Position numbers and translations under genes: made by a program. From the NCBI GenBank assembly GCA_040902005.1, contig JBBDYA010000124.1, positions 1 through 60,988 on the forward strand: a stretch of DNA of 60,988 nucleotides, written 5' to 3'. Below are positions 37,535-46,600 of the stretch, piece by piece. Position 1 is the first letter of the stretch; the number at the start of each line of letters is the position of its first letter. Below the pieces are notes generated by a model, which saw only the letters and a list, made by a program, of their open reading frames with translations, made no database searches and was not told the origin of the DNA. The stretch is from Gemmatimonadaceae bacterium. Lineage in GTDB: Bacteria > Gemmatimonadota > Gemmatimonadetes > Gemmatimonadales > Gemmatimonadaceae.

Positions 37535-37662
37535 AGGGAGCACCGAAATCGGAGATCGGAAAGCGAACATGGACGCGCGTGCGATCACGCTGGCGGATGC
37601 CGGAAACCGGAAATCGCGATGGGCCCGGGCCCGTCGTCGATCTCCGATTGCCGGTGTTCGCG

Positions 37663-37962
37663 CTACGTCAAAGAAGGGAACTTCAACGAAATGAGCAGCG
37701 CAACGACGATGGCGAACAGCGCCGCGCCTTCGACCAGCGCCGACAGAATCAGCGCGCCGGTCTGAATGGTGCCAGCAATCTCGGGCTGGCGTGCCATGCC
37801 CTCGGTAGCCGAGCCACCGATGCGACCGATGCCCAGACCCGCGCCGATAACGGCGAGGCCCGCGCCGATGGCGGCGCCCATCATCGCCCAGGCGCCGGCA
37901 TAGCTGGCGTTGTAGCCTGCCACCGAGCCCGCGACTTCCTGCAAGAGCGGAAGAATCGACAT
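37663..37962 (-). CDS. atpE: ATP synthase F0 subunit c (H+-type)
   Basis: GAGLGIG, ARQPE and ALVEG motifs. Confidence 0.96.
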   Translation of the reverse strand: MSILPLLQEVAGSVAGYNASYAGAWAMMGAAIGAGLAVIGAGLGIGRIGGSATEGMARQPEIAGTIQTGALILSALVEGAALFAIVVALLISLKFPSLT

Positions 37963-38132
37963 TTCAGGATCTCCAATAAGAAACGTTCACTTCAGTGCCC
38001 GCGCCGTGCGTCCTGGCGCTACCCGTCAGCGAGACCCGGGTCTCAACGGGATTCTCCGGCCACCCGGCCGGGTACCCGCTGGACGATGAGCGACGTCCGT
38101 CCAGCGAACCGCAACACTGCGTCGAACACGAT

Positions 38133-39098
38133 CTAGTGGTGCGCCGCCCGGATCTGGCCGATGAAGACGGCCGCGAGCAGCGAGAAGATGAATGCCTGGA
38201 TGAAAACGACGAGCAGTTCCAGCAGCATGATGAACAGCGCCATCGGGACCGCTGCCACCGCGACGACCCAACCGAACATGAAGATCAATCCGATGAGCGC
38301 GAGGACGATCACGTGCCCCGCGATCATGTTCGCGAACAACCGGATCGTGAGCGCGAACGGCTTGGTGAACTTGCCGATGAGTTCCACGGGCGTCATCACG
38401 AGGGTCAGGGGCAGCTTCATGGCCAACGGCATGTCGTGCGGCCAGTAGACGATGGTGTTGATGTAGCCCTTCCCCAGCGCGCGCATCCCCGCGATTTCGA
38501 CGACCACGAAGGTGATCGCCGCGAGGGTCGCCGTCACGGCAATGTTGCCGGTGGCGGTGGCGCCGTAGGGCACCAGCCCCAGCAGGTTGGCGATCGCGAT
38601 GAAGAAGAAGAGCGTGAGGCAGAAGGGGATGTATCTCTCGCCGCCGTGCCCGATCACCGGCATGTAGATCTCGTTGCGCAGGTACAACATCACGCCCTCG
38701 AGCCCCGCCGCGAAGCCGCGCGGCCGGCCCACGGCGTGCGTGTGGCGCGCGTGCGCCCGCGCCGTGCCCACCAGCAGGACCGCGACGACGGTGGCCGAGA
38801 GCAGCAGATAGACGACGTGCTTGGTGGGCGCCACATCCACCGTCCACTTGCCGATCGTCACGTTCCACGTGGGCAGCGTCCAGTGTCCAGCCCAGTTCCC
38901 CCAGCCGTAAATCCACGGAAACTCGAGGTGCTTCGAGTCTGTGATGTGCGGCATGATGATGTCGGACGGACCGGGGCGCGCTGGCGGCGGTGCGGTGGCC
39001 GTCGCGGCGGCTGTGCCGCCGACCGGTGCCGGCTCCTGCGCCGCGACCCCGTTGCCCAATGCCACGAGCAGTGTGCCTATGGTGAGAACAGTTCTCAT
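38133..39098 (-). CDS. atpB: ATP synthase F0 subunit a with signal-peptide-like N-terminus
   Basis: NLLGLVP, ALTIRLFANMIAGH and FIQAFIF motifs; ATG 39098 overlaps the atpI stop. Confidence 0.95.
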   Translation of the reverse strand: MRTVLTIGTLLVALGNGVAAQEPAPVGGTAAATATAPPPARPGPSDIIMPHITDSKHLEFPWIYGWGNWAGHWTLPTWNVTIGKWTVDVAPTKHVVYLLLSATVVAVLLVGTARAHARHTHAVGRPRGFAAGLEGVMLYLRNEIYMPVIGHGGERYIPFCLTLFFFIAIANLLGLVPYGATATGNIAVTATLAAITFVVVEIAGMRALGKGYINTIVYWPHDMPLAMKLPLTLVMTPVELIGKFTKPFALTIRLFANMIAGHVIVLALIGLIFMFGWVVAVAAVPMALFIMLLELLVVFIQAFIFSLLAAVFIGQIRAAHH

Positions 39099-39442
39099 CG
39101 ATTCCTGAGAAATACCGGTTCGACAATCGTGGTGACGAAGAAGAACGCCGTCAGGCTCAGCAGCGCCGGTGCCAGTGGCGCCCGCCATAATCTGGCGACC
39201 ACCAGTGCATAGACCACAAGGGTCACGAACCGGAGGATGCTGCCCAACCCCCATCCCAGCAGCAAGTGGCGCGGCTGAAGGAACCGAGCCACGGTGAATG
39301 CCACCAGCTGTACCACAACCGCCAGCGCCGCGCTCACCAACATCATGCGATGCCCGTCAGGGCCGGTGAACGACCATCCAATCGCGCCGAGGAGCGCCAC
39401 GATCACCAGGCAGCTGGCCGCATACAGTGCGAAGGGTCTCAC
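39095..39442 (-). CDS. atpI: ATP synthase accessory protein AtpI-like (4 TM)
   Basis: Four hydrophobic segments between atpZ and atpB, coupled to both (GTGA and ATGA overlaps). Confidence 0.7.
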   Translation of the reverse strand: MRPFALYAASCLVIVALLGAIGWSFTGPDGHRMMLVSAALAVVVQLVAFTVARFLQPRHLLLGWGLGSILRFVTLVVYALVVARLWRAPLAPALLSLTAFFFVTTIVEPVFLRNR

Positions 39443-39702
39443 CTGGCCTTCCGCACCATGGACCAGAAGCCCAACCCCGCGCCGCCGAACACCAGCACCA
39501 GCACGAACAGCGGTGATGTCCCCAGCCACCGATCCAGCCAGACACCGGCAAATGCGAACACGACAATCGTGACGGCGAACTGCACGCCGATGCCGGCGAA
39601 CTCACTGCCCCCCAATCCCTTACGGCGATGCAGGAGCCGGTCATGCTCGGCGTTTCTGCGCGTCGCGTCGTCGTCGTTCCGCCCGTCCCGATCATGCGCC
39701 AC
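39439..39702 (-). CDS. AtpZ/AtpI family protein (ATP synthase gene 1)
   Basis: GVQFAVTIV..GVWLDRWLGTSPLF..G.G.GF. Confidence 0.85.
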   Translation of the reverse strand: MAHDRDGRNDDDATRRNAEHDRLLHRRKGLGGSEFAGIGVQFAVTIVVFAFAGVWLDRWLGTSPLFVLVLVFGGAGLGFWSMVRKAR

Positions 39703-39732
39703 GAACCGCCGCCATTGGTCTCGGTCGGCGTA

Positions 39733-39760
39733 AAGCTAGAGCTTGTGAAATATTTCTCAA
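39733..39760 (-). promoter_or_regulatory. Sigma70-like promoter of the atp(-gvp) operon overlapped by a Rex-type operator
   Basis: Minus strand TTGAGA-N16-TAGCTT; TTGTGAA-ATAT-TTCTCAA at 39743-39760 is 1 mismatch from the Rex consensus TTGTGAAnnnnTTCACAA. Confidence 0.7.
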
Positions 39761-39985
39761 GCACTGTGCAGCATGACGACATTCGTGGCGCCGGAGACCG
39801 GAAACCGAAGACGATCCGAATAAACGGGTGAGTGACGGAAGTCACCGTCCGGTCGTCACTTGCGGCCCACACTTGATGTTGACTCTGCTGGGTCCAGTTG
39901 ATAAGTTCTGCCTCCCCACGTTTGTGAGCAGCGCAGCTCGCTACGTGAAACACCGCCGCCTGCCGCTCGCCCCGACCTGCCTTCG

Positions 39986-40522
39986 ATGACCTCGCGTGCC
40001 TTGATTCCCGTCCTGTGCATTGGCGCCGTGGCGTTTGCATGTGGCCCGCGCACGCATGACGAAGCGTCCGCGAAGAAGAACGGCACCGCGTTCGCAGCGA
40101 CGACCACCGAGCGCGCGCCACGCCCCGTCGCCGCGACGTCGGCGAAACACGGCGACGCTCCGGTCACGGCGCAGCTGGTTGTGCGCGCCACCGGTTCGTC
40201 CGTCCGCCTCGCGCTGCACGTCACCAACACGACGAAGAAGTCTGTCGAGATCACGTTCCCGAGCGGGCAGACGCACGACTTCGTGATTCTCGACTCCGCG
40301 GGACGCGAGCTGTGGCGCTGGGCGCAGGGGCGGATGTTCACGCAGTCGCTGCGCAACCGCCCGCTCGGCGGCGGCGAAGGCATCAGTCTCGAGGAGACCT
40401 GGAACGCGGCGACGCTCCCGCCCGGCGTGTACACGGCGAAAGCCACGCTCAAGAGCCAGAACTATCCGATCGTCCAGACGACGGAGTTCACGGTTCGCGA
40501 AACGACCGTCGCAGCGCGCTGA
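39986..40522 (+). CDS. BsuPI-like (intracellular proteinase inhibitor fold) lipoprotein
   Basis: AFAC lipobox; FPSGQTHDF..ELWRWAQGRMFTQ. Confidence 0.75.
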   Translation: MTSRALIPVLCIGAVAFACGPRTHDEASAKKNGTAFAATTTERAPRPVAATSAKHGDAPVTAQLVVRATGSSVRLALHVTNTTKKSVEITFPSGQTHDFVILDSAGRELWRWAQGRMFTQSLRNRPLGGGEGISLEETWNAATLPPGVYTAKATLKSQNYPIVQTTEFTVRETTVAAR

Positions 40523-40544
40523 CGGCCCCGGAACACCGACGTCG

Positions 40545-41024
40545 CTAGCCCCGAGGGCGTCGCTCGTACCCGACGTTCTCGTCGAGCCGGGTCGTGCCGC
40601 GCACGAAGCTTCCGTTCCCGCGCGCGACGATCGTCCCCGCCACCGCGATCGTGGCCTCGGCGAGATACAGGCGCCTGGATTGGTGCACTACGCGACCGGT
40701 GGCGACCATCTCGCCGTCCGCGACGGACGCAAGCAGGTAGACCGAGAATGACGCCGTCAGGACGAACGCCTCGGTCACGAGCGATTGCACGGCGAAAAAG
40801 GCGGCATCGTCCAGCATCTTGAAGTAGACAGCACCGTGCGCGGCATGAGCGGCGTGATGCATATCGGGACGCACGGCCATGCGAATCTCGGCCTCGCCCT
40901 CCCCGACCTTGATGACCGGGCGGAAGAAGCGGTTGACCGGGGCCCCGGCGTACATGGCCTCGAGGGCGCGGAAATGATCCACGAGTGAGGATGGAGCGCC
41001 CGCGCGTCCTCCGCTAGTTTCCAC
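40545..41024 (-). CDS. PaaI family hotdog-fold thioesterase
   Basis: AAHGAVYFKMLDDAAFFA; true start may be GTG 40982. Confidence 0.85.
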   Translation of the reverse strand: METSGGRAGAPSSLVDHFRALEAMYAGAPVNRFFRPVIKVGEGEAEIRMAVRPDMHHAAHAAHGAVYFKMLDDAAFFAVQSLVTEAFVLTASFSVYLLASVADGEMVATGRVVHQSRRLYLAEATIAVAGTIVARGNGSFVRGTTRLDENVGYERRPRG

Positions 41025-41029
41025 TCCCC

Positions 41030-42031
41030 ATGGCCTCCCCCGCCCGCACGCAGGACGACCGCGACCTCCAGCTGCTCGACCAGCTTGGCGCGGCGCGCAA
41101 GGATCTGGTCGAGCAGATCGGCCGCCGGATCATCGGGCAGCACGACATCGTGGACAATCTCGTCGCCGCGCTGCTCGCGGGGGGACATGCCCTGCTCGTC
41201 GGCGTGCCGGGACTGGCCAAGACACTGCTGGTGCAGACCGTCGCCCAGGCCCTCGACCTCACGTTCAATCGCGTGCAGTTCACACCGGATCTGATGCCCA
41301 GCGACATCACGGGAACCGAACTGCTGGAGGAGGATCACGCGACCGGACGCCGCTTCTTCAAGTTCGCGAAGGGCCCGGTGTTCGCGAACGTCGTGCTCGC
41401 GGACGAGATCAACCGTGCACCCCCGAAGACCCAGGCGGCGTTGCTCCAGGCCATGCAGGAGCACACCGTGACGGCGGCGGGACAGACGCACACGCTCGCG
41501 GAGCCGTTCTTCGTGCTCGCGACGCAGAACCCCATCGAGCAGGAAGGCACCTATCCCCTGCCAGAAGCGCAGCTCGACCGGTTCATGCTCATGCTCAAGA
41601 TCGGGTACCCGTCGCGCGAGGAAGAAGAGCGGATCGTCGCCGCGACCACCGGCGACCTGGACGTGAAGGTCACGCCGGTGCTTGGCGCGCAGCAGATGAT
41701 CGACCTCCAGCATCTCGTGCGGCGGCTTCCCGCGCCGCCCAGTGTGGTGAGCTACGCGGTGCGCCTCGCCCGGGCGACCCGCCCGGACGCCCCCGAAGCG
41801 TCGGAGCGAACGAGGAAGTACGTGAGCTGGGGCGCCGGCCCGCGCGCGTCGCAGTACCTGGTGCTCGGCGCCAAGGCCCGCGCCGCCATGGACGGCCGCG
41901 GAGTGCCCGACCTCGAGGACGTGAATGCGATGGCGCTCCCGGTGCTTGGCCACCGGGTGGTGGTGAACTTCCAGGCGGAGGCGGAAGGGATCACACCCGA
42001 GCGGCTCATCGACATTCCGGAGCGGCCCTAG
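41030..42031 (+). CDS. MoxR family AAA+ ATPase
   Basis: GVPGLAKT, RVQFTPDLMPSD, LADEINRAPPKTQAALL and ATQNPIEQEGTYPLPEAQLDRF motifs. Confidence 0.95.
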   Translation: MASPARTQDDRDLQLLDQLGAARKDLVEQIGRRIIGQHDIVDNLVAALLAGGHALLVGVPGLAKTLLVQTVAQALDLTFNRVQFTPDLMPSDITGTELLEEDHATGRRFFKFAKGPVFANVVLADEINRAPPKTQAALLQAMQEHTVTAAGQTHTLAEPFFVLATQNPIEQEGTYPLPEAQLDRFMLMLKIGYPSREEEERIVAATTGDLDVKVTPVLGAQQMIDLQHLVRRLPAPPSVVSYAVRLARATRPDAPEASERTRKYVSWGAGPRASQYLVLGAKARAAMDGRGVPDLEDVNAMALPVLGHRVVVNFQAEAEGITPERLIDIPERP

Positions 42032-42330
42032 CTCATTGGCGGCGCGTCACGCGGCGGTGTGAACCGCGTGGCGAAGCCGGCCTTCAGGCACAGCTCCTCC
42101 AGCACGCATGACTCGCACGTTTCCCATTCCGCTGGAATCGGGGCGAGGCGCCGTTTCTCGTTCTCCGACTCGAAGCAGAGCCACCCGTCGGACAGCTGAT
42201 TGTTGGGAAAGAGGACGGCCTTGTCTTGCGGCTCCGCCGCGCCCGATGCGTGCGTCGGGCCTCGCGTGGTGGGATACACATCCCACACTCGCCACGTCAT
42301 TCCCTTGGTATCCCTGAATTCGCGCAGCAT
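42028..42330 (-). CDS. Small conserved hypothetical protein
   Basis: REFRD..G..WRVWDV...GWLCFES..EKRRLAPIP..W, a pattern I associate with Gemmatimonadota. Confidence 0.65.
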   Translation of the reverse strand: MLREFRDTKGMTWRVWDVYPTTRGPTHASGAAEPQDKAVLFPNNQLSDGWLCFESENEKRRLAPIPAEWETCESCVLEELCLKAGFATRFTPPRDAPPMS

Positions 42331-42526
42331 ACCGGTTTGGCAGTTCCCTGGGGGCCGGCGTACGCCTCGTCGCGCTCCGATGATGGGGCAATTCTGGCAA
42401 GCCGCGGGCCAGCATGCACATACCGTTGCAAGCTCAGCGCGTGAGGCACGTCACAGTTGTTTCCGTGACGAACCGGCTCCCCCCCCCCGAACCCTGCGTC
42501 GACAGCGGGGCGACGACACCACCTCC

Positions 42527-43666
42527 TCAGCGCACCGGCCGCACGCGCAACAGGCGACCCCTGCCGGCGTCGGTGAGGAGGTACAGCACTCCGTCGGCGC
42601 CCTGTTGCACATCCCGGATGCGCTGGCCCATCGAGCCGAGGTACCGTTCCTCGCCGGTGACGCGCCCGTCGGCGATGGTCAACCGCACGAGCGACGTGGA
42701 CGCCAGCCCGCCGACGAGGATGCTTCCCTTCCAGCCGGGAAAGGCGTCGCCGGTGTAGAAGGTCATGCCCGACGGGGCGATGACCGGATCCCAGTAGTAC
42801 ACCGGCTGCTCCATCCCTTCCTTCGTCGTTCCCTCGCCGATGCTGCGTCCGCTGTAATCGCGCCCATAGGTGATCACGGGCCAGCCGTAGTTCTTGCCGG
42901 CCTCGGGACGGTTCAACTCGTCGCCGCCGGCGGCGCCATGCTCCACCGTCCACAGCTCCCCGGATTCCGGGTGCAGCGCGGCCGCCTGCACGTTGCGGTG
43001 TCCGTACGACCAGATCTCGGGACGCGCGTTCGCCCGCCCCACGAAGGGGTTGTCGCGCGGAATGCTTCCGTCGGTGTTGATGCGCACGATCTTGCCGATC
43101 CCCGACGACAGGTCCTGCGCGCTGTCCCGGTGGCTGAAGCGGTCGCCCTGCGTGACGAACATCGTCCCGTCGTTGCGAAACACAATGCGCGATCCGAAGT
43201 GGTTGCCCGATTCCACCTTGGGTTCCTGCCGATAGATCACGCGCACGTCCTGGAGCCCGGTGTCGGTCAGCCGGGCGCGTGCGACGGCGGTGCCCGCCGC
43301 GCCACCGCCGGCCGGCTCGGCGTACGACAGGTAGATCGTCGCGTTCTGTGCGAATGCCGGATCGAGCGCGACGTCCAGCAGTCCGCCCTGCCCGCGCGCG
43401 GCCACGGCGGGCACACCCGCGAGCGGCGGTGACAGCTTGCCATCGCGCGACACGAGGCGCACCCGCCCGGGCCGTTCCGTGACCAGGAACCGCCCGTCGG
43501 GAAGGACCGCCAGTCCCCACGGGTGCTCCAGCCCCGACGCGACGGTATCCACGCGCACCACGCCGTCGGTGAAGCCCGGTGTCGGTGAGCGCTGCGCGGC
43601 ACCCTGCTGCGCGGGAGCGGTGCACGCGAGCATGGGGATCAGGAGCAGGACGGAGCTGGTGCGCAT
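42527..43666 (-). CDS. PQQ-dependent sugar dehydrogenase (YliI/GSDH family)
   Basis: [28 protein letters not shown] and GKNYGWP motifs; ATG 43666. Confidence 0.92.
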   Translation of the reverse strand: MRTSSVLLLIPMLACTAPAQQGAAQRSPTPGFTDGVVRVDTVASGLEHPWGLAVLPDGRFLVTERPGRVRLVSRDGKLSPPLAGVPAVAARGQGGLLDVALDPAFAQNATIYLSYAEPAGGGAAGTAVARARLTDTGLQDVRVIYRQEPKVESGNHFGSRIVFRNDGTMFVTQGDRFSHRDSAQDLSSGIGKIVRINTDGSIPRDNPFVGRANARPEIWSYGHRNVQAAALHPESGELWTVEHGAAGGDELNRPEAGKNYGWPVITYGRDYSGRSIGEGTTKEGMEQPVYYWDPVIAPSGMTFYTGDAFPGWKGSILVGGLASTSLVRLTIADGRVTGEERYLGSMGQRIRDVQQGADGVLYLLTDAGRGRLLRVRPVR

Positions 43667-43866
43667 GGGACGTTCCTCGTTGGACTCTGGTTCACTGCCT
43701 GAAAATCGAGATCGCGGCCGGACTGTGTTGCGCGGATGCGCGCGGAGGAAGCGGAAACGTCCCTGCCAACGACCGTCCCTGCAAGCCATTCACCCGCGAG
43801 ATACTCCGGCGGCTATGCTTGGGTGCGGATCGTGCTCACGACGCGCACCACCCCATGGAGTTTCTC

Positions 43867-44442
43867 ATGCACCCTCGCACCCTTCCATTCACCGCGATCC
43901 TTGCCGCAGCCACGCTCACCGGCTGCGCCTCGTCGCGGATGTCACCGGTAACCTCGGACACGAGTCCGGCTGCCGTAAGAGCCGACGGCAGCGCATACGC
44001 GATGGTCCGATCCTCCAGCGGACAGGACGTCGGTACGGTGCGCTTCGCTTCCACGGACGCCGGCGTGCACATCACCGGGACGCTCACCGGACTGCCACCG
44101 GGACTGAGGGGCATGCACCTGCACGCCGTGGGTCGCTGCGACGCGCCCGACTTCACCACCGCTCAGGGGCACTTCAACCCGGCGAACGCGCAGCACGGGC
44201 TGTCGAATCCGTCGGGACCGCACGCGGGCGATCTGCCCATGCTCGAGGTCCAGCCGGACGGGCGGGCGGTGCTCGATTTTCGAACGAGCCGGGCTACGCT
44301 CGACCCGTCGTCCGGCCGCGGGCTGCTGGACAGCGACGGCACCGCGATCGTGATCCACGCGGCACAGGACGACCAGCGCTCGGATCCCGGCGGGAACTCC
44401 GGCGCCCGGATTGCGTGCGGCGTGCTCGCGCGCGCGCACTGA
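43867..44442 (+). CDS. sodC: Cu/Zn superoxide dismutase family lipoprotein
   Basis: LTGC lipobox; GMHLH, GHFNP, HG, HAGDLP, IVIHA and GNSGARIACG motifs. Confidence 0.92.
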   Translation: MHPRTLPFTAILAAATLTGCASSRMSPVTSDTSPAAVRADGSAYAMVRSSSGQDVGTVRFASTDAGVHITGTLTGLPPGLRGMHLHAVGRCDAPDFTTAQGHFNPANAQHGLSNPSGPHAGDLPMLEVQPDGRAVLDFRTSRATLDPSSGRGLLDSDGTAIVIHAAQDDQRSDPGGNSGARIACGVLARAH

Positions 44443-44446
44443 CCGG

Positions 44447-45526
44447 CTACTCCAGCGTCGATACCGCGGACATGATGTGGTCCGCAAGCATGGCGTGGAG
44501 CTCCCGGTTATGCCCTCGCTCACGCTGCGTGTCGGCGTCCGAGGTCATCACCACCACCAGCTCGAGCGTCGGCACGATGAAGATGAACTGTCCGCCGTAG
44601 CCCCACGCGTAGTGGACCGCAACGCCACGCGCGGTGCGTGACCACCATCCGTACCCGTACCGATTGCCGTTCCAGGGAGACGTGGTGCGCGGGACGAACG
44701 AGCTGTCCACCCATGCCGCGGACACCACCTGCTGCCCGTTCAGGGCACCCCGGTTGAGGTACAGCGTGCCAACGCCCAGCATGGCGCGCGGCGTGAGGTA
44801 CATGTCGTTCCCGCCAAAGAGGATCCCCTGCGGATCCGCGAGCCATGGCCGGAGCGGGATTCCCAGGGGGCGCGCCAGATATCGCTCAGCAAAGCGGTAC
44901 GTGCTCATGCCAGTGGCGCGCGTGAGGATCGCCGACAACAGGTGCGAGTTCCCCGTGCTGTAGATCATCGGGCCGCCCGGCTCGGCGACCATGGGGCGCG
45001 CCAGCGCATTCCGCACCCAGTGGCGGCTGGTCACCCACGAGCCGTAGTTCGCGAAGCTCGTGGACTCCAGGCCGGACCGCATGGACAGCAGGTCCTCCAC
45101 CGTGATCGAGCGCTTGATGGAATCGAGGCCGCGGGTGTCCGCCGGAAGCAAATCGCCGATCGTCTGGTGCACGTCGCGGATCGCTCCCTGGTCGATGGCG
45201 ATGCCCACCAGTGCGGACAACACGCTCTTGGACGCGCTCTTGATGTTGGCGCGGCTGCTGTGCGTGGCGCCGCCAAAGTATTCCTCCCCCACCACCTCAC
45301 CCCGCCATTGCACCAGGAGACTGCGCATGCGTGGAAGCTCGCTGGCGCGCGCGAAGGCATGCCGCAGCGGAATCGTGTCCAGCTGCTGGGCCATGCGTGC
45401 GACCGACGGCGGCGGCGGCGGAAGGCGCTGGGTGTCTCGAACGTCGCCAGAGCAACCCAGGGCCACCCCGCAGAGGATGGCCGCGCTCGTGTGCATCGAT
45501 CGGCTGAACATTGGAATCCGGAGCAT
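44447..45526 (-). CDS. Serine hydrolase, beta-lactamase class C-like
   Basis: SASK (SxxK), LLSMRSG, YSTGN and AWGYGGQ motifs; start uncertain (45496-45526). Confidence 0.85.
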   Translation of the reverse strand: MLRIPMFSRSMHTSAAILCGVALGCSGDVRDTQRLPPPPPSVARMAQQLDTIPLRHAFARASELPRMRSLLVQWRGEVVGEEYFGGATHSSRANIKSASKSVLSALVGIAIDQGAIRDVHQTIGDLLPADTRGLDSIKRSITVEDLLSMRSGLESTSFANYGSWVTSRHWVRNALARPMVAEPGGPMIYSTGNSHLLSAILTRATGMSTYRFAERYLARPLGIPLRPWLADPQGILFGGNDMYLTPRAMLGVGTLYLNRGALNGQQVVSAAWVDSSFVPRTTSPWNGNRYGYGWWSRTARGVAVHYAWGYGGQFIFIVPTLELVVVMTSDADTQRERGHNRELHAMLADHIMSAVSTLE

Positions 45527-45663
45527 TGTGGCAGGAAACACGCAATCACGGTGAAGCCCGCGTGACTCAAGCGGGCTCATCCCAAGGAGTACGCATTGCA
45601 TTCTGACCCTGTTGGTCTAAGGTACCCAGACATGTCCACCGCCCCTCGTACGTTCACGCCGCA

Positions 45664-46059
45664 GTGAGCGTCGTCATCCCGGAGCGAGTGCGCCGGCTGG
45701 TGCACGAGCATCTGCCCAGCATGGAACACGTGGAGCTGCTCCTCCTCTTCGTGAATGCCGATCCGGAGCCACGGTCCGCGACCGAGGCGGCGAGGCAGTT
45801 GCAGGTCGAGGTGGATGTCACCGAGAAGCGCATCGCGCACCTGGTCGCATCGGGGCTCATCGTCTCGGAGATGGTGTCGCCGGGGTACGAGCGGTTCCGC
45901 TTCCAACCCAGCGGGCTCGCGCTGCGACAGTCCGTGGAGGACCTGGTGGAGGCGTATCGCTCCAGGCCAGTGTCGCTCATCCGTGTCGTCTATGAGCGTC
46001 CACCGGAATCGGCCCAGCGCTTTGCCGACGCCTTCCGCCTGAGAAAGGACCCGGAATGA
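45664..46059 (+). CDS. Winged-helix-like hypothetical protein
   Basis: SATEAARQL....RIAHLVASGLI; C-terminal FADAFRLRK; coupled to the DUF5985 pair. Confidence 0.7.
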   Translation: MSVVIPERVRRLVHEHLPSMEHVELLLLFVNADPEPRSATEAARQLQVEVDVTEKRIAHLVASGLIVSEMVSPGYERFRFQPSGLALRQSVEDLVEAYRSRPVSLIRVVYERPPESAQRFADAFRLRKDPE

Positions 46060-46325
46060 GAATCGCGGACGTCGTCTACCTGCTGTGCGCGCTCACGAGC
46101 TTCGCGGCCGCCGCACTGCTCGCCCGCGGGTACTGGCAATCACGCACGCGATTGCTGCTCTGGAGCAGTCTGTGTTTCGCGGGGCTCGCGCTGAGCAATT
46201 TCCTGCTGGTGCTCGATCTCACCCTGTTTCCGGGCGATCTGGAGCTATTCGTCATCCGCCAGGTTCCAGCGCTGATCGGGCTGGCGCTGCTGCTCTACGG
46301 GCTGATCTGGGACGGGGCGGACTGA
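46056..46325 (+). CDS. DUF5985 family 3-TM protein
   Basis: VYLLCALTS..LL.RGY...RTRLLLWSSLCF. Confidence 0.8.
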   Translation: MRIADVVYLLCALTSFAAAALLARGYWQSRTRLLLWSSLCFAGLALSNFLLVLDLTLFPGDLELFVIRQVPALIGLALLLYGLIWDGAD

Positions 46326-46600
46326 TGCGCGCCGCACTGTTCCCACTGATTGCCGGGATGCTCGCCGCCGGCTATTTCGTGGCGACACTGTTCTTTCTCA
46401 GATTCTGGAAGGAAACCCGGGACCGGCTATTCCTTCAATTCGGGGTCGCGTTTGCACTGCTCGGCGTGCAGCGGATCGTTTCGGTGGTGGCCATGCAGTG
46501 GGCGGAGAACACGCTCTGGGTGTACGGGCTGCGCCTGCTGGCCTTTCTCCTGATCCTCTACGCCATCATCGATAAAAATCGTCCGGCGCGCCCTCGCTGA
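46325..46600 (+). CDS. DUF5985 family 3-TM protein
   Basis: LFFLRFWKETRDRLF..F..AF and RLLAFLLILYAIIDKN; TGATG overlap with the upstream gene. Confidence 0.8.
   Translation: MRAALFPLIAGMLAAGYFVATLFFLRFWKETRDRLFLQFGVAFALLGVQRIVSVVAMQWAENTLWVYGLRLLAFLLILYAIIDKNRPARPR

Noticed and set aside
37663..37962. Na+-translocating or N-type ATPase
   Set aside because: Subunit c lacks the Gln and Glu-Ser/Thr Na+ ligands (EGA); gene order is the standard F-type.
41030..42031. MoxR as the missing GvpN
   Set aside because: Motifs are MoxR-proper (RVQFTPDLMPSD, TYPLPEAQLDRF); opposite strand and separated by the atp genes; no support beyond shared clade.
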